DNA of 63,561 nucleotides from Nanobdellati archaeon (GTDB lineage Archaea; EX4484-52; GLR71): NCBI GenBank assembly GCA_019429005.1, contig JAHYJR010000004.1, positions 77,700 to 141,260 of the forward strand, read 5' to 3'. Shown piece by piece: positions 31,010 to 39,883 of this stretch (position 1 is its first letter; each line of letters starts with the position of its first letter). The notes under the pieces were generated by a model. It saw only the letters and a program-made list of their open reading frames with translations, ran no database searches and was not told where the DNA came from. The position numbers and the translations under genes were made by a program.

Positions 31010-31263
31010 GTGTTCACCTTTATATGAACAACTATTCATTTTAAAGTATATAAACATTTCTGTTTTGAAACAGTTTTTTCACCACTATATTCTTTTAGAA
31101 AAAACCAAATAAAAGCCCACTTTTTAATAAAAGAAACAAAAAATCTAAAGAGAAACAATATTTATCCTTCAAAGATCCACACACCATCAAACCATACCGT
31201 TTTAAATTAGTAAATTTCCTTAATAACTTTAAAAAAAGCCATACCATTTGTTTCATAACAGAT

Positions 31264-32034
31264 TTATCTAGGCATAAAAGTCCGTACATCTAAATCCCCT
31301 AATTCTTCTTTAGGATCTATTACAGCGACAATTGACTCAGGTAAAACTAAATCCCAATGATGGAAATGTATAATCATACCATGAAAATGAGCGACAATTG
31401 ACTCAGGTAAAACTAAATCAGGAATCCAGATTTCATTTTCTTTAGAAGAACAAACAGATGCATAATTTCTGAATGCGTTTTTAACAGGCGTTTTAATTAC
31501 ATATACGATACCCGAATCAACCTTATATTTTGGATGTTTTCTTGCGATTTTAAATGATGTTGAAGTTGATATAAAATTCTCATAACCACCGTTTGAATGC
31601 ATCCACATAGATTCTCCTAATTTATTTCTTACACAAAAATTCCAACGATTATTCAAGGGTGCATCTTTCAACAATCCAAGCATTTGATCTAAATTTACAT
31701 TCCATCTTCCATAAGCAAAAGAAAAAATACCTTTCTGTTCTAAACCCGGATAATCTCCTCGGAACGTATAAACATAACCGTCATGTACATATTTAGGATT
31801 TAACTCTGCAAGATCACCTCTTAATAATTCTCGGTAATCTGTATTGACCGTTGGAAGTGAATGTCTTGCCAAAACCTCATCAGGTTTAACTCCCTCTATA
31901 TAGGGTTTTTCTTTAGAAAGAATCATATCTAATTCTGAATCGGATTTTCGCCTTTCGTGAGCTAAACGCTCTAAAGTTTGAAATGTTTCTTTTAATGAAA
32001 TCCTTTGATCAATTACATCATATACAGATTGCAT
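31264..32034 (-). CDS. putative R-S-E clade ADP-ribosyltransferase
   Basis: YTFRGD, FISTSTS, G.VYVI and ENEI in the order typical of enterotoxin/pertussis/scabin-like ARTs. Confidence 0.65.
   Translation of the reverse strand: MQSVYDVIDQRISLKETFQTLERLAHERRKSDSELDMILSKEKPYIEGVKPDEVLARHSLPTVNTDYRELLRGDLAELNPKYVHDGYVYTFRGDYPGLEQKGIFSFAYGRWNVNLDQMLGLLKDAPLNNRWNFCVRNKLGESMWMHSNGGYENFISTSTSFKIARKHPKYKVDSGIVYVIKTPVKNAFRNYASVCSSKENEIWIPDLVLPESIVAHFHGMIIHFHHWDLVLPESIVAVIDPKEELGDLDVRTFMPR
31324..31419. repeat. 30-bp direct repeat flanking a 36-bp insert (neo-CRISPR-like) inside the ART gene
   Basis: AGCGACAATTGACTCAGGTAAAACTAAATC at 31324-31353 and 31390-31419. Confidence 0.85.
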
Positions 32035-32163
32035 ATGTTTAAATTAAAATTATTACGTTATAAAAATTGTTATAAATAAACTACTAGTGTGTAATAAATA
32101 TTATAACATAGTCTCAATACAGACCCATGCAGAATCTTAAATATTCATAAGTATCACGAAATC

Positions 32164-32868
32164 TTAATCACAATCCCATCTCGCAAAAACTTCTAGATTT
32201 TTTGATGTTGATTGTGCAGGATTAAAACCGTAACCTGCGTATACAGCAGATTCAGAAAAACCCAAATCTTTCAGAAGTTTTAACATTTCATCAATTGAAT
32301 AAATTCGCATAGTATGATTATCAATAACTTCTTTTCCGTCAATATTGAAAACCACAGATGATTTTTCAAGTCGGGTTTTAGGATTATAGAGCCATTCCAT
32401 TGTTCTTGTGATATTTCCAATTGAGTCTTGTTTTTTTCCACTGCTTTTAGGATTATGCAAATCAATTAAGATAATACCACCGCGATTCAGATGATTCCTA
32501 AAACATGTAATAGCTTTTCTTGCATAACTTGGTTCAAGCAGATGATTGAACGCTGCGAACATACATATTATTGCATCATATTTTTTTCCTAAACTAAAAT
32601 CAACCATATTTGCTTGAGCTAGACAACCCTTTACTTTAGTTCTAGCTATATCAAGCATTTCAGGATTCAAATCAATACCATCACATTTGAATCCCATTTC
32701 TTCTAACAAGCTCATATGAGTGCCAGTACCACAACCAACATCAAGTATGGTTTTTACACTATATTTTCTAAACAAGGACTTAAGAAAATCCACTTCGCCA
32801 ACATAATCTTTTTTCAGATTTACCAAGTCATAAACTTTAGCCAAATCTTTGTATCCATGTTTTTGCAT
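32164..32868 (-). CDS. class I SAM-dependent methyltransferase
   Basis: ILDVGCGTG, GIDL..EML, YDAIIC, L..GG....D. Confidence 0.9.
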   Translation of the reverse strand: MQKHGYKDLAKVYDLVNLKKDYVGEVDFLKSLFRKYSVKTILDVGCGTGTHMSLLEEMGFKCDGIDLNPEMLDIARTKVKGCLAQANMVDFSLGKKYDAIICMFAAFNHLLEPSYARKAITCFRNHLNRGGIILIDLHNPKSSGKKQDSIGNITRTMEWLYNPKTRLEKSSVVFNIDGKEVIDNHTMRIYSIDEMLKLLKDLGFSESAVYAGYGFNPAQSTSKNLEVFARWDCD

Positions 32869-32959
32869 AATAATTATAATAATGGCGTATTGATATAAAT
32901 ATTAACGACTGTGTTGACCTTAAAAATAAATATAGTGTTTGCTACTTTGAATTTTTCAG

Positions 32960-33568
32960 TTATCCGAAAAGAGTTTGAAAATGTTTAGATTGCTTATAGT
33001 TTATAATATTAGTGATTAATTCAGTTACCATTATAGGAGCAATTGCTTTTCCGAGAGGAATATAAAATGTAGCAGAATCCCTAAGCTTTCTTTCAATCCC
33101 ACTTTTACTTAAAGCAGATAACGTACTTGTATTATGAATCATATCCGCAATTTTTATTCTTTTAATTGTATCCCTGCTAAACATAATTCTAAGTTTATAG
33201 GCTTGTGGTGTTAAAGTTTCATTCGCATCTATAAATTTAACTCCTAAATCATCAAATAAAGGTGTTAACGCTTTAACATATTTTCCAACAGTATTGTTTG
33301 ATAGAGTGTATACGCCATCATATACAACAGTTCCAAATCTTTTTTCAATTTCACTTTTAATAGTTCTTAATTTAGTATCTTCAATTGTATCATGCAATAA
33401 TGCAATTACTTGAGTTTCAACATCGTCATACCCATATCTGACTAAAATATCCCTTACTGCAAAAGGGTGGGTATGATAAGGTTCTTGATTTCCACCTTTT
33501 CGTTTCTGTGATTGATGAAATAATAAACAATATTCTTCTGCTAATTTTATTAGATCCTTACGTTCCAT
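32960..33568 (-). CDS. Mesh1/SpoT-like HD-domain hydrolase
   Basis: H..QKRK...EPY.THP, ALLHDTIED, IKIADMIHN. Confidence 0.85.
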   Translation of the reverse strand: MERKDLIKLAEEYCLLFHQSQKRKGGNQEPYHTHPFAVRDILVRYGYDDVETQVIALLHDTIEDTKLRTIKSEIEKRFGTVVYDGVYTLSNNTVGKYVKALTPLFDDLGVKFIDANETLTPQAYKLRIMFSRDTIKRIKIADMIHNTSTLSALSKSGIERKLRDSATFYIPLGKAIAPIMVTELITNIINYKQSKHFQTLFG

Positions 33569-33619
33569 AATATTAAGATAAAAAAAGAGACTTATATACT
33601 TTATTACGATTTAATGTTA

Positions 33620-34147
33620 CTAATAACGCAACTTTTTCTGTTTTTGATAAATCATTAACCCATCTTGATGATAAACTTTAGAAAAAAGTGGAAGCTGTCT
33701 TCCAATCGTATTTTGGTACATTGTATATCTTCCAGATTCTTGTTCTTCCTCAGTTTTATTAAGAGGCATAATTAAATACCCACCAAATTTAATTGCAGAA
33801 TTAATAGCACTATAAATATCAGGATTTTCTCTGCCATCAATTGGAATAGGATAAGTCCATATAAATTCACGAATTATAATTGCATCCAAATCAGATACTT
33901 CATCAGGCAAATAAGGCATCGTTGTTTTTTTTAAATGTATATTAGGAATCTCTTTTAAATTTTGCATATTTGGATGATCTTCAAATGGGTTTAGACTATC
34001 CACCCCATAAACAGTTCCAGAGTCCCCAATTAACTTAGAAAGGCCTTTTAAAATATCATCTTTCTCGCCATGGTAAAATTCTGCAACGTTATTACCTTCT
34101 TCTATGTAATCGTTCAAGATATCAAAAAATGTAGAATTAACACCCAT
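33620..34147 (-). CDS. hypothetical, degenerate methyltransferase-like fold
   Basis: G.SGTVYGVD, LDAII, K.GGYLI; lacks canonical GxG. Confidence 0.5.
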   Translation of the reverse strand: MGVNSTFFDILNDYIEEGNNVAEFYHGEKDDILKGLSKLIGDSGTVYGVDSLNPFEDHPNMQNLKEIPNIHLKKTTMPYLPDEVSDLDAIIIREFIWTYPIPIDGRENPDIYSAINSAIKFGGYLIMPLNKTEEEQESGRYTMYQNTIGRQLPLFSKVYHQDGLMIYQKQKKLRY

Positions 34148-34285
34148 AAGATATTATTGTTTTCAAGGTTTATAAAACTTTGTATTTTTACTACATTTAA
34201 GTAGTCTAACATAATACACCCCGTTATATTACGAATAATAGTTTGGTAAAAAAGGTAAATTGAATCAGTCAAAATATTTCGGATT

Positions 34286-34963
34286 TCATGACAGATGCAT
34301 TGATTCTATCTTGTCATCAACGTTATATCCTAACACATTAAGAAGTTCATTATAGATAATCTCATCCGAAGGCTCTTTAATTAAACTTAATATACGCTCA
34401 TCAACTAGATTGTGATCATAAAACGTTTGAGCTAAAGTATAACCGATACGGTAAGGATATTCAGTATAAGTCCAAAACAATTTCATACTCCCTTCAGTAT
34501 TTGTAAGTTTTATTTCGTCAAAGGAGGGATATATATTTTCGTTTTCTAATTTATCTAAAAGACTTATTGCTTTACGCCATTCAGATGAAATAAGCCAGAT
34601 TGGGGAACACAATAAGTTATCTACAAATTTTGAAAATGATGACGATTTTAAATACAACTCAGTTTCATCGCTATTAAGCAACCTATTTAACCCACCAAAG
34701 AATTCGTGTATAACACCCCCTTTAGGATTTGTATCATAAAGATTTCGAATAAAATGACCAGTTTCTTCCGCATAATGTGATACTTCAGGAGATATAATTG
34801 TTATTAACGATTTAGACGCAGAAAAACTGCTATTTTTAGCATAAGGATCATATCGTATTTCAGGCATCCCAGACTCATACAGATATTTAGGAATTTTAAA
34901 GGTTTTAGCTGATTTATGTATCATCTGCATAGTTTCTTCAATGATTTCTTCTTCATAACGCAT
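34286..34963 (-). CDS. hypothetical protein with zincin-like EExGH...E motif
   Basis: AEETGHF...HEFFG...Y.IGY; start uncertain. Confidence 0.5.
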   Translation of the reverse strand: MRYEEEIIEETMQMIHKSAKTFKIPKYLYESGMPEIRYDPYAKNSSFSASKSLITIISPEVSHYAEETGHFIRNLYDTNPKGGVIHEFFGGLNRLLNSDETELYLKSSSFSKFVDNLLCSPIWLISSEWRKAISLLDKLENENIYPSFDEIKLTNTEGSMKLFWTYTEYPYRIGYTLAQTFYDHNLVDERILSLIKEPSDEIIYNELLNVLGYNVDDKIESMHLS

Positions 34964-35067
34964 ACAAAGCCCCTTCACGCAATTTACGTTCTTATATCTT
35001 TATAACGTTTTTCTACAAGTATCCCAGAATACCCTTACAAAACCTTTTTAACGATTAAATACAGTAT

Positions 35068-35538
35068 ATGATTAATATGAAAATCTTTATTACAGGTAGT
35101 TCTGGATATGTTGGAAGTGAATTAATTAAACAATTATCATCAAAACATGAAATTGTGACTTTCGATTTGAAACAGAATCAAGATATCTTAAATTTTAAAC
35201 AACTTGAAGATGCAATGAAAAATTGCGACATTGTAATTCATTTAGCAGCGATTAGAGGTCCGGATGAAACTAAATCATTCCAAGATTATTTTGATTTGAA
35301 TTGTAAAGCAACTTTAAATGTTGCTCAAGCAAGTATTAAAAATAAAGTTAAAAAGTTGATTTATTCTAGTTCAACAGGGTATTATGGTGTTGAAAATGGA
35401 ATTCCCTATATTAAATCAATAAAAGAATCAAATTTAATTATTTCGCAACATGTTGATATAAATGATTTAACTTGTCGTGATTGTGATATTGGATATTCAA
35501 CAAGCAAAGTAATTACTGAACAAATTCCAAAAAATTAA
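35068..35538 (+). pseudogene. 3'-truncated NAD-dependent epimerase/dehydratase
   Basis: ITGSSGYVG, IHLAA, YSSS; ends just after YSTSK at about half the normal length. Confidence 0.8.
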
Positions 35539-36050
35539 ATAAAAATGCTATTTATATTACAGAAATAGATAAGATACCATCAGGAATTTCTCATGAACTT
35601 GCTAAAGCTACAAATTCAGGTGAAGAAACAGTTTCTAAATCAATAAATACAGATATTCAATTTGGAATCTTAAGAGGTCATGAATTAGTTGGATTTGTCA
35701 GTGGAACGTATTTTCAAGATGTGATTTCAATAGCAGGATTGTATATTAGAGAAGATTATAGAAGTAAAGGTCTTTCAACAATATTATTAAAATGCATGAT
35801 GGACAAAGCAGATAAATAAAATTTAAAAGGACTAGCTATAGATAATGCATCTTGGGGTAGTTAGGATACAGTTTCAATGTCCTGTGTATATGACCGTAGT
35901 TCAAATAGATAATGCATCTTGGGGTAGTTAGGATGCTTTATCGGAATTAAAAAGATATTATGATTAATAAGGTACCATTGATACAGAGTTTGAATCGGGT
36001 TCAGAAGATTTACAAAATTATGCAAGTATTTATTTTAAAGATTGGTTATA
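35523..36050 (+). pseudogene. decayed GNAT acetyltransferase
   Basis: frame reads LVGFV...IAGLYIREDYRSKGLSTILL; no start codon, several in-frame stops and a 67-bp insertion. Confidence 0.7.
35838..35934. repeat. 30-bp direct repeat flanking a 37-bp insert (neo-CRISPR-like) inside the GNAT remnant
   Basis: ATAGATAATGCATCTTGGGGTAGTTAGGAT at 35838-35867 and 35905-35934. Confidence 0.85.
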
Positions 36051-36053
36051 ATC

Positions 36054-36431
36054 TTAAATTTCGTCTATATCTTCTTTTTCATCTTCAAAATTAATTAAAC
36101 CTCTTAATTTTAAATCCGCTGTAAGGTCACAAGATTCATAAAAACCACAATTATCGCAAGAGTTACTCAAATCAACTTCTTCAAGATTCTTTGTAGTGTA
36201 CACTATATTTGAGAATATAGTGCCGTCACGGACAGACTCTAATTCTTTTAGAGATAAAATAAAATTCAGATCTTCTTTTGAATCGCCCATAGCTCGATAA
36301 CCTTGTGGGATTGAATCAAAAATATTTTGTGTAGCGTCCGAAGGATTTTTATAACCAAAATTAAAAGCACAAACATCAGGATTAGGCATACCCCCATCAG
36401 CTGGAACATAAAGCTTTAGTAATTTAGACAT
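36054..36431 (-). CDS. hypothetical protein with CxxC-x4-C motif
   Basis: 125-aa ORF; CDNCGFYESC. Confidence 0.55.
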   Translation of the reverse strand: MSKLLKLYVPADGGMPNPDVCAFNFGYKNPSDATQNIFDSIPQGYRAMGDSKEDLNFILSLKELESVRDGTIFSNIVYTTKNLEEVDLSNSCDNCGFYESCDLTADLKLRGLINFEDEKEDIDEI

Positions 36432-36560
36432 TGTATATCACTTTTAAGTATTGAATAAAAATATATTTAAATCTTATTAATACAAAAAATCTGAAATAAT
36501 TCAAATCAATTTAACATAATAGATAAAATCTATATATGCAACCAAAAACAAATATTAATT

Positions 36561-37169
36561 ATGTCAGAATATAAACATTACAATATCGAAGAAGATTCTG
36601 CAGGACGACTTCTTGGAAATCTCTACAGTGGCTATGTGCAAAATAGAAATGAAGAAATGACTAGAATAGATAATTCAACAGGTTGGTCTGTTGCAATTGT
36701 TACACTTATACTTTCGTTTTCCTTAGGTATCAATACACCATATTACTTTGTACCGTTAGCAATTATATTTATAGCACCGTTTTGGCTAAAAGAGTCAAGG
36801 CGATATGTATATTATATATTTTGGTCAGATAAGGAAAGAAAAGCTGAAGAATGCATACTTCAAACATATAAGACAGGCAAAGTTGATTCTAAAAAAATAA
36901 TTGAACTTATAGATGATATAAGGCCACTTAAAATCATAACACTCAAAAAAGCTATGATTGTTAGATTATACAGATCTTATTTCTGGATGATTGTAATGAT
37001 ATTTTCGGTAACATTCCTACTCTCTTATGTTCAAGGAGCTATACAGACACAATATATTGCAATATTATTCCTTCTAATAGGATTTATACTTCTTATCGCA
37101 GCAGTTAAAGGAAAAGATGAATTTTTACTTCCAAGAAAGATTATTATGAAACCAGGGATTGCAAATTAA
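36561..37169 (+). CDS. DUF2270-like membrane protein
   Basis: RID.ST.W, ESRRY..Y..W..K.R..E; four TM segments. Confidence 0.7.
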   Translation: MSEYKHYNIEEDSAGRLLGNLYSGYVQNRNEEMTRIDNSTGWSVAIVTLILSFSLGINTPYYFVPLAIIFIAPFWLKESRRYVYYIFWSDKERKAEECILQTYKTGKVDSKKIIELIDDIRPLKIITLKKAMIVRLYRSYFWMIVMIFSVTFLLSYVQGAIQTQYIAILFLLIGFILLIAAVKGKDEFLLPRKIIMKPGIAN

Positions 37170-37193
37170 TAAAATGAAAATTCTTAGTTTTAA

Positions 37194-37862
37194 TCAATAA
37201 TTAAAAAGACTTTTCTGTTTCTTAGCACCTAAAAGTTTCTTTGTTGTTGCCCATGCATGCCTTACACAATCTGGAAAGGTGTCATGAGTCTCTAAATATT
37301 TCTTTAAGAAATTAACTGTGTGGACATCTGAAGGATAACCAGAACCAATTTCAAAACCAAGATTTTTTTCAATCATTTTTATTTCGTTATCCCTTTCAAC
37401 CTTTGCAATTATTGATGCTGCAGAAACAACTGGATATTTATCATCAGCCTTATGTTCTGCAATAAGTTTTATTTTTCTATTTGATTCTTTCTTAATAACA
37501 GACTGAAATCTGTTGCTTCTTTCTGGAAGATCAAGATATACTGTGTCTGCAGACAAATCATTTATTATGCTTACAAATGATTCAAGTTCAATTAAGTTAA
37601 GTGATTTCTTACTCATAAGTTCATCAAGATTTTTTGCAGAGATTTTTATAACTGATATTTTTATTGCGATAGCTCTAATCTTTAGAGCGAGTTCCTCACG
37701 TTTCTTGGCTGAAAGTCTTTTTGAATCCTTTATACCAAGTTCTTTGAAAATAGCTTCATCCTCTTTCCTAATCTCAACCCCTGCGAGAACTATTGGACCA
37801 ATTACAGGACCACGTCCAGCTTCATCAAGACCGATAATATTAGATTCAACACGTTTTTCCAT
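37194..37862 (-). CDS. rnhB: ribonuclease HII
   Basis: GLDEAGRGPVIGP, DSK.L, EHKAD..YPVVSAASIIAK, GSGYPSD. Confidence 0.97.
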   Translation of the reverse strand: MEKRVESNIIGLDEAGRGPVIGPIVLAGVEIRKEDEAIFKELGIKDSKRLSAKKREELALKIRAIAIKISVIKISAKNLDELMSKKSLNLIELESFVSIINDLSADTVYLDLPERSNRFQSVIKKESNRKIKLIAEHKADDKYPVVSAASIIAKVERDNEIKMIEKNLGFEIGSGYPSDVHTVNFLKKYLETHDTFPDCVRHAWATTKKLLGAKKQKSLFNY

Positions 37863-37945
37863 AAAAACACCAACTATAGATAACTATATAAAATTAAATC
37901 CAATATTTAATATAACTAACTCTAATTTCTAACTCTGTTAAACAA

Positions 37946-38020
37946 AGCGGGATGGAATAGCTTGGAGTGTTCGCCGGGCTCATAACCCGGAAGTCAGAGG
38001 TTCAAATCCTCTTCCCGCTA
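37946..38020 (+). tRNA. tRNA-Met(CAT), initiator type
   Basis: cloverleaf AGCGGGA...TCCCGCT-A; A1-U72 pair; GGG/CCC anticodon stem; CTCATAA loop. Confidence 0.95.
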
Positions 38021-38211
38021 TGTTTTTTATTTTTTAATACACATATATATACCTAAAAATACATATTATATATACGATATCAATTAATATACCAATTAAG
38101 CTAAGGCTTATTAAACATAATATATAATAAAAGACAATTAATAAATACACTTTTAAAATTAATTGTTGTAAATATGATACTAGGTAGTAAAAACAAAAAT
38201 AGTGATTATTT

Positions 38212-38922
38212 ATGGATAAAAAAGACGTTCCCAAACATATCGGTATCATTATGGATGGAAATCGACGTTTTGCAAAAAAACTTATGAAAGAGCCATGGAA
38301 AGGTCACGAATGGGGAGCTAAAAAAGTTGAAACTGTCCTTGATTGGGCACGAGAACTTGACATAAAAACAATAACACTTTACTCATTCTCTATAGAAAAC
38401 ATAGATAGACCTAAAGATGAATTTGATATGCTGATGAATATCTTTGAAAAGAATTTCAAAAGAATAAAAATACATCCAAAAATACATGAATATCAAGTCA
38501 AAATAAATGTTATTGGACGAATTGAACTACTTCCTCAAAAGGTTCAAGATGCAATAGCAGAAGCCATAGAATCAACCAAAAATTATTCAAACCACACAAT
38601 AAACTTTGCTATCGCATATGGCGGTCGACAAGAAATCATAGATACAACAAAAAATATTGCTGAACTTGTAAAGGCTGGTAAAATTAAACCTGAAGACATT
38701 GATGATAAATTATTTTCTAAATATCTTTATTTAACAGGATATCCAGACCCTGAACTCATAATAAGAACAAGCGGTGAGCGGAGACTTTCAGGATTCTTAC
38801 TTTGGCAAAGTGCTTATTCTGAATTATATTTCTCAGAAAAACTTTGGCCTGAATTTCAAAAAGAAGATTTTATAGATGCAATTGAATCATTCAAAACCAG
38901 ACAAAGACGTTTTGGTAAATAG
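38212..38922 (+). CDS. uppS: cis-prenyltransferase (UppS)
   Basis: PKHIGIIMDGNRR, YSFS.EN, YGGRQEI, RTSGE.RLSGFL.WQ, RRFG. Confidence 0.95.
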   Translation: MDKKDVPKHIGIIMDGNRRFAKKLMKEPWKGHEWGAKKVETVLDWARELDIKTITLYSFSIENIDRPKDEFDMLMNIFEKNFKRIKIHPKIHEYQVKINVIGRIELLPQKVQDAIAEAIESTKNYSNHTINFAIAYGGRQEIIDTTKNIAELVKAGKIKPEDIDDKLFSKYLYLTGYPDPELIIRTSGERRLSGFLLWQSAYSELYFSEKLWPEFQKEDFIDAIESFKTRQRRFGK

Positions 38923-39000
38923 TTTTTTCTAAATAAAGGTTTTTAAAGATTATTTCTAAATATATCATTTACTAGTGATTAATATATTGGTGTGGTTTTT

Positions 39001-39873
39001 ATGAAGATTAAAACAGATAAATATGAAGAAGCTTTCGATAAATTAATTGCATATAATATTGATTCTGTTTCTCAAGAAATTATAAATAAACATTATAATA
39101 AAATAAGTACCTTTTGGACTAAAACAAATAAAGATAAATCACCACACTTTGATTTCAAAAGTAATCTTAAAACAGATTGGGATTATATAGATATTTTGTG
39201 GGATGGTGCACCACAACATTCACAATTCATAAACACAAAGATGTCACAAGACATAATATTAACAAATGCATTTGAAACACTTACAGTTGATAATGTTGTC
39301 GCATTCATATATGACCCAGCACAACTTGATGAAATTGAAAAACCAATTTTTCCTTTCACAGACACAAAAAAAGTCATAAGAAATGCACTTTCTGATGATT
39401 TTTATAAAGACATTATCAAAGATATGCATAACAAATATGGACCAATTACAATATCAAGAGATGTTGTCCGTCTTTATGATGAAGATACTGGAACAATAAA
39501 ACTAAAAAATATTTATACCTTAAAAGACGAAGATTATAAAATTATTTTTGATGAGAATCCATTTACGGATCTTTTAACTGAGCTCACAACCACAAATTCT
39601 GCAGCTAATAGTTCGGTTATGATACAAAGTCTATTTTATATGATGTGTGTTGGTGGTTATATTTTATATTCAACTTCAACAAATATGGGTGATGTGCCTT
39701 ATATGGAAGAGCTTACAAAGATCTCAAAAGGTCTAGCTGGCGTTGTCACAGGTGGTATAGCTGGTGTCATTTTATATTCAACACTATTTGGTCTTGAAAA
39801 CACAAAAGATATTTTTAAAGAATCATACCATCGAATTAAACTTAAAAATAAAGTCAAAGAAAAATACTTATAA
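39001..39873 (+). CDS. hypothetical membrane protein, paralog A
   Basis: two C-terminal TM segments; collinear with the next ORF. Confidence 0.65.
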   Translation: MKIKTDKYEEAFDKLIAYNIDSVSQEIINKHYNKISTFWTKTNKDKSPHFDFKSNLKTDWDYIDILWDGAPQHSQFINTKMSQDIILTNAFETLTVDNVVAFIYDPAQLDEIEKPIFPFTDTKKVIRNALSDDFYKDIIKDMHNKYGPITISRDVVRLYDEDTGTIKLKNIYTLKDEDYKIIFDENPFTDLLTELTTTNSAANSSVMIQSLFYMMCVGGYILYSTSTNMGDVPYMEELTKISKGLAGVVTGGIAGVILYSTLFGLENTKDIFKESYHRIKLKNKVKEKYL

Positions 39874-39883
39874 GGTCAACTCT

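Noticed and set aside
34204-34229. GTCTAAC-N12-GTTATAT, a possible further att site or island end
   Set aside because: No stem, 2-nt bulge or GCAAT tail, and no complementary partner core found.
31324-35934. Calling the two repeat-insert-repeat units bona fide CRISPR arrays
   Set aside because: The repeats differ from each other, are pieces of coding sequence, and lack a leader, palindrome or GAAA(C/G) end; kept only as possible ectopic integration scars.
36509-36536. ATTTAACATAA matches the bacterial XerD dif arm
   Set aside because: No second arm at 6-bp spacing; plausible by chance in an AT-rich promoter region.
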